Shown in pieces: positions 32,577 to 44,907 of a stretch of DNA of 64,000 nucleotides. How positions within the stretch are numbered: position 1 is the first letter of the stretch; every line of letters starts with the position of its first letter. The notes below the pieces were generated by a model that had not been told where the DNA came from, did no database searches, and worked only from the letters and a program-made list of their open reading frames with translations. This stretch comes from Phyllosticta citribraziliensis (Eukaryota). Location of the stretch: assembly GCF_038025025.1 (NCBI RefSeq), contig NW_027117341.1, forward strand, positions 1,674,001 through 1,738,000. The letters are read 5' to 3'. The translations under genes were made by a program, and so were the position numbers.

Positions 32577-35500
32577 AGCATTTCGTCTTCCTGTCTTGTC
32601 TGAGCCGTGTTTCGTTGGCCATCTGACTGTTCTGGATTATATCCTGCGTGGCAAGCTTTTTGTTTTCACTGGTCAGTCATCCCTGGCATGCAAGTGTGCT
32701 CCGCTTTTGCTGTACCTTAATCTGAGCGCAGCAGTTGACGTGTTCACTTTGTCCGGGTTTGGAGCATTTCATACATAGAAGGCGCTTGGGCTGGGCTGCA
32801 GTCGTCGGGCACTTTGTGTCATTTTTGCGTTTTCTGTTTCTGGCACGATTAGACCTCGTGTTGTGTGGAATTCGACGCGTCTTGTGCATGTGGGGCTTGT
32901 CGCGCTAACTTCACAATGACACGGAGATGACAGACGAAAGAAAAGAGAGATTGCAATTGCAATCCTTTGCGGGATAGAGCAGCAGAAGTAGCAGCAAGAG
33001 GCGAAGAAGGGCGCGCGCAAAATATTCTCCACTCCATCTACCACCCATCAACAGTTGGTACAGTGCGTCAGTCCGTTGCTATGGTATTCCGCTTCCTGTC
33101 CAAGTCCAGTGTACTTCAAACTTCGCATCTGTCTTGACTTGTCCTGGTAAAGAAAAGAGACTAGGAGTTTCACATCCTCGCAATGGTCTGTTCTAGGTGT
33201 ATTGATTAGCATACGGTTAATGTGCTCGAGCGGGATTAAATGGACGCACTTACACCATTTACAGGCGGATGTTGGAGATGGGCACGTTTGATGGGTCGTC
33301 CAACGGTCGAATTCTCTCCTGCTATCCGGCTTGCTGATACGCTGACGATGGCAGCCTCCCCCTCTCCAAAAGTGCCTTGTACCAACTTGTCTCCATTGGC
33401 TGGAGAGTTTCCATTCTGCGCAGGTCGTCAACTCATATCCGCGTGGATTCATCACGTGGCCGGTCCTCCGGGTCAGAGGCAAAAGCATTCGGGCGTCTGC
33501 GTTCGAGAAAGGGCGATTCGCACATGCAGCTTTTCACTCGCACGACCTGCTCGTTCTTTCGCTCAATGAACACATATTCCACAAATCAGAAAAACGGCGG
33601 CGGTATTCGATCAAAGACCGCGTCCGCAACAATCTTGCGACAGCAAAACAGAGGCGAGGCAGCCAGCGCTGCCTTCATCAAGACGAGGCCAAAGCAGCAG
33701 TCATGTGGGCAAGACACGACAGCAGCAAACCAGACAGACAGCGACCGCCGGATGTTGACAACCGACGACGGTGGTAAGACACACCAGGAATGGCAAGCCA
33801 TGTGCCGAAGAAGCAAGGGACATTCCTGGATGCGGACGCCAAATGTTGCGATTGGTGCATCCCGAATGCCACTGCGCAGCCCCCATTCGTCCGTCACATT
33901 GTGCGGCGCGCCGCTCCTCTCCCCACATTCTCACCAGACCACGTGGCGACGCAAGGTGTGTGGTGGATGAAATGGATGGATGCAATGGTCGTGCCGGCCG
34001 GCGACGGGGTCGAGAACTCTGGGGTGCATACATACAGCCCACGCGCGGCTTGCATGGTGAGCGACGCCATGTTCTCATTACTGACCTTGTTCGCTGGGCA
34101 GCGTGTTTGGCCCCAGAGAGCCTGGATTGTCATTGAGAAGCCTCTTTCTCTTTCTTTTGTTGGCCGACTGGTTCGGGTCATTGGATCGCTGCCTGTCTGC
34201 TCTGCGTGCTTAGTCTTGCTGAGCTACATGGCCATGCGCGTTGCTACGTACGCCACGACAACGTGCCAGGCAGTCCACGTGCCATCCGTTGGACTGGCAC
34301 CAGGCAGGCGGGTAGACAGGTGCCTTGGAGAGGGCGATCAGCGTGGTCGATGCAAGGTGGACGGTTGCTTCCTCACCTTCAACTCCAACGGTCAGGCTGC
34401 AGTGGTGATGGACGCATGCACATCTCCCTTGCTCCCGCTATGCTACCAGGCGTTGGTGTCCAGCCGCCGCCTTTTCTGTGATCGAGAAAATGGAGACTAC
34501 ACGCTTCCACCGCGTGCTCCTTCAAACGGTGTTACATCACCGCTTTCTCGTGCGCGATCGAGATTCACTTCGCGGAAGCGAAGTTGATACGTCTCTTCCG
34601 GGCATGTTACTAACTGCCCACGCGAGCGCGGCGGATTGTGCTCTCTTCAAAGAATGCATGTAGTTTCGAGTCGACTCCCCACAGTAATACAAGGCCGGGG
34701 CTACGTTCGCTGGGGCCGCGCGAGTGACAGCACGGAGGCGGTATCCTCCATCAACGGAGGTAATCCGAGGAGGCAAAGTCACCGTAAACTGAGCTCTCTC
34801 ATCTCTCTAGCGGACTGTATCCCCGGTCATTTCGAAAGAACCAACCCAGCATCACAGCCAATTTCTTTTCCTCCTCCGCTGACCGCACGCACTGCCCTCG
34901 CAACGGCACCACCTACCAAACGACGTCGTGATGGACGCACCAATGCACCACATTCTCCGTCCATGGCAGTAGTTGGCAGTCAAAAGACCATGCAGGTGTA
35001 CACATGGGTACGCAGACTCGCGGCGCCCGCCTGCCTGCCTGCCCCGCGACACTAACGACTAACTGCCCTCACATGAGCTCTCAACGTCTGCGCTCGGATC
35101 CGACCTTTTCCGCGTCCAGCTGAGACGCAGGCAGAGGAGGTCAGTCAGGTCGAGCCGAGGCTGCCTGCGTGCGCGATGTGCAGTCGGCGACGATGCCGAG
35201 CAAGGGTTCAGTGGCTTCGTGCGCAGGTGCGGCTGCACTTGGTGGTGGGCGCATGCGCATCGCAGTCGATAGGATTTCATGGTGATGGCAATGTCACGTC
35301 GAACGCTGGACCGGCAGAGCTGAAATGCGCCGTCGTCGACTTAGGAGTGAGTGGTGGCGGAAAAGTGGGTTGGATCACCGGGACGGGACGAGTTGCTTGA
35401 TGGCCGGCTGGGTGGTGTTCTGGGTAGGGTTGTTGACTCGTTTGGGATGCGTGGTCGGAGACGCGTGCCGAACGGCTGTGGCGTCGTTGTGGAGGACAAG

Positions 35501-36117
35501 AGAATGGAAGAAAATGCTTGACATGTTTGTCTGGGTGCTTGAGTTGTTTGGTGCGTTTGATGCGCGACGTGTAGTTGAATCAAGCTACGGCGGGGAAAAC
35601 AAGCGTTTCGAAGCATTGGATTTCATTTCGTGGCTTCTGGTATGCTCGCCGGACTGTGTTGCGCAAACGACTGACAGACCAGGCCTTTCTTCTCGGTAAG
35701 ATCGTATTCGCGATAAGCGAGTGTCTCTTTGCTGCTCTCATGCCCTCTTGTTCCTCTCCTAGAAGAATTCCATTTCTTCGCTTCTCTCCGTCTCGCTATG
35801 CTCATGAGCCATGTTCCGTAACTCATGTCCATGATGGCTTTGACCTAGGCCCATCACTCCTTCAAATGCATGCTGTCCAATCCAATTGTTGCCGCCTTCA
35901 ATGAATCCAAGAGCGGGGAGAAAATCGACAGTGAAGCGATAGACTGTTAGAGATATTTACAGGTGTAATAGGAGGAATGTGTACCGTGGCGTAAAAACGA
36001 TGGTATCAGATATGTTCAACACCGCAGTGGCATGCAAAATTGGCAGATTGTTCAAATATTGACAAGAAGAGAAGAAAAGGACGAACGGTTGCTGCGACGA
36101 GATCATACAGCCTAATC

Positions 36118-37483
36118 TCAGTCAACTGAATAGACCTTGAGGCTGTTGATGAGCCAGTAGCTGTTGGCAAAGGCACCAGGGTTGTTCGCGACGTAGTCGT
36201 TGCAGGAGCTGTAGCCAGTCGTGGCTGGGCAGTTGCTGCTCGACCAGACATTGCCGGCCCACTGGCCGCAGAAGGTCGTGTCAAACACAATGTTGTTGTT
36301 CTTGATGTAGTTGTCGAAAGCGCAACCCGCAAAGTGCGCCATTGGAGTGCCCCAGCCAGACGGCGCAGGGGAGCCGTTGGTGATGTCGGACGGCACGCTG
36401 CTCCTGGGCCAATACCACATCTGGATGCTGCCTCCATTCCAAAAGGTCGCGTACACGCCGCCACCGGCATTGTTGAAGCCAGTGCCGTAGCTGTTACCTG
36501 TGCTAGAGTAGACGGGGCATCCTGGAGACAATGTCAGGAGATCATGTTTCTTGAGAAATGACGTGCCGTGGGGGCGCATCCTAGTGCACGCTACATGGTG
36601 AAGGGGTCTTCTTTGGGGTCTTGGCTAGTGAGGGAGCTTACCGTTGTAGCCACTATTGTCGTTGCAGTTGTTGCTGCCGGAAGATCCTGATTGGCCGCCC
36701 TCACCGACCGTGACGGTGCACCCGGCTGTTGTGTGCAGGGTCATTTGGTTTGTAGACTGAAGATTGACGCCCTAGTCCAACCGGCAATGTAAGTCATGGG
36801 ATTGCTCATGGTCGCATCTTTGCATCGCCAAATGTGGTTGCTCACCTCGATGATGTCAATCTCACCACTGTTCGGCCAGTTCGGGCCGTACATCCAACTG
36901 TGTCACCCATGTCAGTCATGTTCCCCTGTGCGATGTGATGCGCAACTTCAGTCTGCAAAAGTGGCAAACTTACTATGCAGGCCAGCTCCCACAGATACTT
37001 GCTGGCATGTGGGCCAAGTCCAGGATGAAGAGTCCGTGAGTGTAGGCCGCGCTACTCTCGATGCGCACACTGTTGCGGCCCGTCGAAGTGACGCTTGTGG
37101 AGTCTACTCCCATGTACACTTGACCATTCTGGATCTTGTACAGACCCGAGCTTTGAGCAACTGACTGAGAAACGTAGTTGACGAAGCCTCCGGTTGGGTC
37201 AGCAGTCTTGTTGTTGATTAGCTTGATAGTGAACATGGTCTGATCAGTGACTTACCCCGAGGGCCTGAACGACAAAGCTGTTGAACCAGTTGGACGAGTC
37301 GTAGGTCTTCAGCAGATTGTACGTAGCTGCAGTGTCCTGGACAGCAGCCATGCTGACATTTTGGGAAGTGGTGGTGCCGTCGAAATCGGAAGATCCAGCC
37401 GAAGTCGACAAAGTGGCATCGGAAGCTGGCAATGCCGTAACTCCAGCGGCGAGCATCAAGCTCGAAATCGTGACGCGAACCAT
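36118..37483 (-). CDS. Secreted GH16 endo-1,3(4)-beta-glucanase (fungal Lam16A-like), 5 exons
   Basis: Signal peptide; DPTGGFVNY, GRNSVRIES, HMPASICGSWPA, WPNSGEIDIIEG (ExDxxE catalytic motif), FNNAGGGVYA, DTTFCGQWAG, YWLINSLKVY. Confidence 0.93.
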
Positions 37484-40400
37484 GGCGACAGGACGTTGGG
37501 GTTGCTTCTGTGATCGGCAGTACACCTCTGCAGCGTGGCACCCGTCAAATGAATGGAACCTGGACGCAAAAAGTAGTGTGATATGAAAGGAATGTCAGAC
37601 GCGCTGAGGAAACTGCTTGTCCTTTGCTGGCTTGAGAGAAAGGTCCCTGACTGACGGATCGCAAAGCTCTTTATACTGCTCAACGTGGCAATGAAAAAGC
37701 GATTGTTCACCTCGGACCTAACTAGACCCCAGGAGGCTGAAGGTAGGTCATCCATGTCGCAGGCCAATGTCACCAGCCAAAAGCCATGTGCGACGTTCTT
37801 CGGAGCGGTCCATTTCGGACCAAGAAGAACCAGCCGTGGCGTTGAAAGAATAACGGTGCGATGCCCGACTAGTGTCCGTACTGAACTTCGATACCACGTC
37901 ATGAGAGCGGTAGTCATCCGGGAGCAGACCGATCCCAGGCCTTTCCCAGAAACGTAGAGCGAGAAGAGACAGACGAGGCACCGGGAGCTGGACCTGCGTT
38001 GTCGATGGGCCGACGGAATCGGGAATCTTGTAAACACCTGCGATGGTGAAGCCTCAAGAGGCACCACAATACACCCGATCGACATTTGAAATAAAAGCAA
38101 AAGTGGCGCGAGATTTGTAGAAGATTCATATTACACTGACTCTGCACTATAGGCCAACATTACCGTGGAAACCAAAGTAATTACCGCTTGCAAGACATCG
38201 TCTTCGTCAGGGACATTGAGTGCCTTTGAAAATGAGATTTGTGCATTTGCAAGCTCCGGATGCACCCCGTGAGCAAACGAGGTTTCTGCAACTGGCTTAC
38301 TGGTTTGCCATGGTCGACGTGGACTTGGCCAGCGGCGGTCAAGGAAAACAGAAGGAGATGCAATTGGACAGCGACTGTAGGAGAAGAAACATGAAGAGCC
38401 CAATTGAAGGCCACAGCAAGGCCTTTGCTTACCGGGAAATATGGCCCTTTTGCCTGAATGGGACGTGTAGAGAAGAGCAGAGAAGGAATGCTTTCTGATG
38501 GGACATGTATTACGCAACAGAGGGGGCGTCCCACGCGACTAGACGGACGGTCCAGAGGAAAAGGACCAAGTTCAATAGCGCTCGGGGGGACGGCATGCGG
38601 ACGGGCGACGCTGGCCGTGTTCGGGACCTGAGTGGCTCGGTCAGGAAGAAAGGATGACGCTTCGGGCCGCGTGATTAGTCACGGGCTGTTTTGCGGGGAA
38701 GAAGCTGGCCGCAATTCCACGATGGCATTACCACCTTCTGCTTTGGAGTGTTGAGCGCCATGGTAAGCCAGAATGACAGACGTCGGGCGTTGGTGTGGCA
38801 GCGCTTGACGTGTGTATGGCGTAGAGCGTGGGTGTTGGTGTTGAGACGCGGACGGGAGCGAGTGGTTGTGCTTCGGCTGGCGCCCCGGATCTGCCTCAGG
38901 CTCAGGCCCGCCCCACAGCCCGCGCGACCGCCCAAACACTCAACACCACCGCCTCCACATCGTCGTACGTCGATTCCTTCAGTACCAGTCTCACATGAAA
39001 ATCATGGCTCTGACTACCGCCCTCGCTCAGCCCTAGGCATCTCATTGCGCTGGCCGCCCGACACACATCCGCCTACGTGGCTTGTCCTGCGCATCATGCT
39101 CCGCAATCCCCCAGAAAAGGCTGCATTCGACGCGAGCCAGTCTCATCCGCCGCGTCGCCTCGCACGATCCCCTTGCGTCCAGCACGACGAAGCCCTATGG
39201 CGCGTCCGGGGTCAGCAGGGCACGCGCTGAAACCAATCGGACGAGCTTCTCTTTTGGCCCAGGAACAAACCTCAAGTACCTCTCCAGCCCCATACACCAC
39301 AGTCACTGGCTTTGACGCCCTCGATGCCCTCGATTCCTTGGTCAACAATCTTCGGTCAGCGGCTTCAGCCATCTCTGGCGAAGCTGCTACAAGCAGCACC
39401 TGAAGCGCACCAGCAGAGACAGCGCTAACCGCAACCGCCCGCCCGCAAAGGATGCCTGGAGGCCACGGCACCACAACAGATGAGCAGTCGCAGATTTGCA
39501 CGCTCACATCTGCATGGTCCAGCGGATTCGACAGTGTGCGAGCTGCCACAGAGTGACTCTGGGGGCCTCCCTGCGATGCAACCTTGTCACGGGCCACAAG
39601 AGAGTTGGTCTACCTTTTAAAGATGTTGCAGCAATCTCTCGCCGGCGCGCGCGCGTTGGTTTTCTTCAGGGTCAACGCTGACAGCGTTGGCTTACTGACG
39701 GTACTTTGGGTAGGGCTCCGGGACTGCTTGGGAACAAATGGGTGGTCTGCATGGCCTGGCCCAAGGGATGACGGCTTGTGGAGGATCTACACGGTTCCTG
39801 CCCCGTCAGGCTGGACGGGAAGAGGCTTTGGACCAAGTGATCCCAAGACTGGGAGCCAGAGACGTGGCGGGGCAGAGGACGACGTCAGCGCGCGCTGTTC
39901 CGGAACCGTGGACGACGGCCATTCGAGGAGCGGTCGGCGAATGGAAAAAGAAAGCTGCACGGCAAGAATGGCAGCAACCAGGGCGTTGGGAGGACGGGAT
40001 AAATTCGCGCACGTCTGACGGGGAGCTTGCAGCTGCAGGAGTATATGCTGTGGGCCAGGAGAAAAGAGGGGGAGAAAGGCGGTGGAACACCACGGCGTGG
40101 GCATGATGGACGACGAGCGACCTGGAGCCGCGCGGATTCGCAGATGGCCCCAGAAGACGCGTACCTGCATTACCCTTTATCAGTTCTGATGGCCTCGCCG
40201 GAGTCGCCCAACAACGGTTCTTGTCATTTCCGATGCGGAGGACGGCATTGTTGGGCGGATACTAGCAGAGTCGACGAGGGGGCCGAAAAAGCAAAGAAGG
40301 AGATGATGGATGATGTGGACGGCGACGCTGTCATGTTCCGGTCAGTCAGCACCCACCCACCTGGCGACATTGGCCTCTTGGTGTTCTTGTCCCCAAGAAT

Positions 40401-41308
40401 CTGGAAGCGTCGAAGAAGCGGCCCACGAAGTCATCGAGCCGGGAACCTGAGCCTGGACGAAAGTGAATATGGCACGTGAGCGGGTTGGGAGCAGGGGTCG
40501 GAGGAAACTTAACCAATGGGCCATGGCGCCGGTCCGCCGCCGCTGCTGCAAGGTCCCGCCGCCTTGAGCAAACATTCAACGAGCTGCAAACTCAACGTCG
40601 TTCCTGTGGTTCCTTATCACTGCCAACACATAGAGTGCCTCTGCTGCTGTCGTGTGGCATCAATCCCGGTGTGTTTTGGAGCCGACAGCTGCCATGCCAC
40701 GTCCGTCGGCTCCACCATTGCCGCTTGCTTCTCGTCGCGCTGCAGACTGACCGCATGGGGGCTGCATGCTTTTCCCGTCTGCCATCGACCAAATGCCGCC
40801 GTTTGCTGTGGTTCCTGCGCCCTTGGCGGTTTGATGCGCACTCTGTTGCGGATCCCGCGACTCAGTTGGCGCTCATCGCTAGCCAGGGCTGGCGTGGGTC
40901 CGCCACCCTATACGGCCCGGCCATTGCTCCTTTTGCGCCAACACTGGCCGCCGGGCACCCACGCTCGACGCCCTCCTGAGCATGCCATTCGTCCGCTGCG
41001 CAGCCACCAAGAGCCGCGTATGAGTTCATGGCCCGGGATTCGTCATCCCAAGATTTCGCGACGGCCGTTGCTCCCGCTTGCCCTCTTTCTCTCCCCTGAC
41101 TTAGCCGCTCAGACTCCTCATGGCCCTGTTTTAATATCACTCCCCCGGCCCCCCCAAAGTCTTCCTCCCTCCCCAACTGCTGTCCTTTCAGAATATCGCA
41201 TCACTCTTTTACGCGTTATTCTATCAGCCTCACCTAGTCACTCACTCGAGCCAAACGGGTCAAGCAGTCACTCTTTGCAATCCACGCAAACCACTCTCTC
41301 TACGCACA

Positions 41309-42155
41309 ATGCGCTTTTCCACCATTGCCACGGCCGCCATGGCCGCTACCGGTGCTGCTGCTGCCCACCAGCACAGCCATGCTCGTCTCCACGACAGGCG
41401 CGCTGCCCGTGAGGCGTATGTCTTTCCTGAATTTCTCGATCCGCGAGTTTGCAAATAACTGACTTTTGCCCAGTGAGCTTAAGGTCGGCGCTGAACTCAA
41501 GGCCGCCAACAACCTCCAGGACCGCTCCGTCGTCGGAGACGTCCTCCTCGCCGTCGAGGACTCGGTCAAGATTCTCGCCAAGGGTCTCGCCGCAGTTGGT
41601 CAGAACGCCGTCAGCAGCGCCAGCGCGGCAGTCTGGATCGGTTCCGATGGAAAGTGGACCAACACCTACCACAACCAGGCCGACGATGACTGCGTCTTGG
41701 TCGTCTGGGGTTCCGCCGGCTCCTGGGTCAACGCCAAGGCTCCTCTCGTCACCGTCAGCATCCCTGCTGGCCAGAACAAGACCCTCTCTTTCGCCGACGG
41801 CGCCAGCGGTGCCTGGGCAGTCATGTACAACGACACCGAGCTCGTTAACGGCCAGATCTCCCAGACTTGGGGCGAGTACACCTTTGGCGAGTACGGCGTC
41901 GTTGACGTCTCCCGCGAAGTCAACATGCAGGGACACAACATGACCATCCAAACCCCCAACTGTGTTACCGACATGGAGACCTGCGTCTTCGTCTGCAAGG
42001 ACACCAGCTCCATCTCTTGCTGGCTCGAGTACGAGCTCAAGAACTGCGAGAACGGTAGCCAGGAGGGCGCCAACAAGGGTACCTACGCCGGTGCCGACTC
42101 TGGTGGCTGCGGCAACATGGGCGACTCTGCCGACCTCCACACCTACGTCGGTTAA
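41309..42155 (+). CDS. Secreted Cys-containing protein, allergen Asp f 4-like / fungal effector-candidate family
   Basis: Signal MRFSTIATAAMAATGAAA, then propeptide HQHSHARLHDRR. Intron 41416-41473. Motifs SGAWA, TWGEYTF, VDVSREVNM, CVFVC. Strong C-ending codon bias. Confidence 0.8.
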
Positions 42156-44907
42156 ACTTCCGCGCATTCACGGATTACGAGACGCGAGAGGGACAAGAAA
42201 GAAAGAAGGACGGAGGCAGGAGTTTTCTCTTCTAGCGGCGCATTTTAGAGGCGTTGGTTCTGCTTTTCAACCTTTTCATGAGACCAACGTTTTTGCGTCG
42301 CTTTTTTGGGGTCACTTCTGCGACATGACATTTCTCCCGTTGCTTCCCACCACTTCTCCGCAAGCATGCATTGTTCATACATCTTAGCATTTAGCCCACC
42401 CTTTGCACAAGACCTTTCTGTGTACATATTTTATAGTTTCTTGATACCATCCCAATGACACTTCTGCCATTTCAGCTGTCAAGTGAGTCTTTGACCGACC
42501 ACCCTTGCTCAGACTTGTACATCGCAAGGACGAAAACTGTTTCATGAGCTTCTCCATACCCCAGGCGCACACTCCTTTTCCCGGTATCAGTAAACACGTT
42601 GATTCTTCGCCGTTGTTGCTTCGCGGGCGGTCAGCGAGGCGATCAGGAGATCCCAGTCACATCAGTCATCAACCCACCAATTCATCACCGGCGCACAGGA
42701 CACCGCATTTCACTCCATCAATGACAACACTGGCCCCTCAACGGCCTCCGCCTCGTCACCTTCCCCACCCATCGATATTTCCGACTGCCCGCCACCATGT
42801 GCGCCTGCGCGCGCGCTGCCTTGCCCTTTGCAGACGTGATCGCTTGCCTGCTCATCTAACCTTCGCCCTCCCTCGCTATCTTATCGGCACCGACCGTCGC
42901 GCTCATTTCGCGAAGAAGCTTTGCGCCCGCCGACTGCGCTTGGTTGGTTGGTTCGTTTGCATTTCAGCTCGATGCTTGAGTGTCTACCTACCGAGCGCCC
43001 AACTGCCTCACACCGCGTCGCTAGACTCGCAAGATAGCGGTGTCGCGGGCAATTTCCCACCTGCTCGTTGCGCTGCTCTTGGCTGTTTTGCAATATGTGA
43101 TATGTGTGTGCGCGGCCCCTGAGGCGCGGCATCCATAGGTCGTTCGTTGATTGACCAAGGGGCACAAACACCCAAAACGTAGTTACTATCGAACGGCACC
43201 CGTCTGTTCAGGGAAAGGAAGCGCGCAACGAGATGATGTCGGCCTATAGATGGACGATAGCGGTCAAATACAAACAATAAACGTGTGACAGAGGCCACAC
43301 AAAGGTCGTCGCCGCTAACCGTACAGAGCAACTTGTCAGGCGGGAATCATGTTGCTATATACATGTCGGGAGTGGCACCCGTATTATGCTGTCAACAAAA
43401 GCCAGAATAGGCCAACAGCACGCCGAGCTGGTGGCTCCCTACCTTATGGCGTTGATTCAAAGCGCTACCACGGGATCGGCCATGGAGAAGCTGGCCAAGC
43501 AACACCGCTCCCAGCACAGAACAACGCAATCAAGAAACGATGCACGCTGCTTCCCTTTTTAGCGCTTTCTCGATGCGAGGTGCACTGATGGGATAAACAT
43601 GCCCATCGTCAATCGCGGCCGCCCGTTGGTGTTGCTCTGCCGCCGGTCGTTCGTCGATTACGCCGCGCCGTGCTGCGGTCTCCTCGCTGCAGTTGATTTG
43701 CGCTGCCCATCGCCTGCCGCCCTCTTTGCTCGCGGTGCGAGCGCTCGTGATGTGCCCGGGGAGGGAGGGAGGCAGGGACGGTGCTGCATGCACGTCGACG
43801 CTCGCCATGATGCCCTGCGTCCGTCACTCATCTCGTGGTGCGTTTCCCTCCTGCCACATCGTTAGGCGCGCGGGCCTCGACACAGCACAGCGCGGGCGCT
43901 GCCTGCTTTCCTGACACTCAGCCAAATGCAGCACGCATGCGCTCCGCGTCTTGCACCTGTCCAATGGCTCCACAGGCTGTTGGCACGAGGTCGGGCGTCT
44001 CTGGCTCAGGGGCTCCTCTTTTCGTCCATGTCGAGAGACCGCTGACATTCCCGGCGTGAATCCCTGACTCGACGAGAGCTTGAACCACCCGACTATCAAT
44101 GATCAGGGCGCGAGCACCATCTGGGAGGGTAGGAAAGACAATCTCGAGTGGACGAGATACTCTGCGTATATCGCCCCCCAGCATCTGGCTTTCAACCGCG
44201 AATCGAACAAACCGAACCATCTGCACACAAAAAGCGTCTCGTCGTTTGCGCAAGAAAATCGCGGCGCCAGACACGACATACACCAAATGCAGACATCACA
44301 ACATGCGCGAAACAGGAAACACAGCGACGCAGCAGCTCACCCGTTGCGATGACTCGCCTGCGCCTCGCTCCTCTCACGAATCGACAACAACAAATGAGAC
44401 CCTGGATTGAAATGATGGGGGCGCGCCATGATAGCTCGGCTCGGTAGCGCTCCATTCGCTTGGCTCGGAGCCCGCTATATGCAGCTAGCTCGACGCCGCC
44501 GCGCGCGAACTTGTTCCGCTGCTGTTGTCGACGTCCGGCGGGCTTTGGCGTAGGCTGGGCGAGCTTGGCGACTGGCGTCTCTTGGCGGTGGGCGCGCCGG
44601 AGTGTTTGTGATGTTGAGGTGATGTTTGGCGTTATTTTTGTTTGCGGTGTTTTGGGTGTCTGGGACGTCGATGGCGGTCTTTTCGCGCCTGTTCAAGTGC
44701 GTTGTGTTGTGGTCGCTCCGGTTTGTATTTGCTCGAAATCTGTGCTCTCCGATTGCTGCCATGGTATCATTTGAGCAATTTAAAGACAGCGTCATCTTAG
44801 TCCAATGGGTCATCGACGCTGGTAGTGGATTTGTTCAGTCTACTGTTTTTGAGATTTTTCGTACTTAGAACCTACACAGCCTGTGATGACAGACAACGGC
44901 CGCCGGC

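Noticed and set aside
34811..34824. Minus-strand GATACAGTCC resembling the group I intron S element
   Set aside because: No matching P, Q or R elements; the nearby structure favours the + strand.
32600..36000. Telomerase RNA hypothesis for the gap
   Set aside because: No TAACCCTAA-type template seen on either strand (closest is CAACCCTAC ~35423-35431, minus), and no convincing P6.1 loop or Sm site.
37600..41250. Many 100-300 aa ORFs between GH16 and the secreted protein
   Set aside because: GC-rich random-like translations on both strands; consistent with a long divergent promoter.
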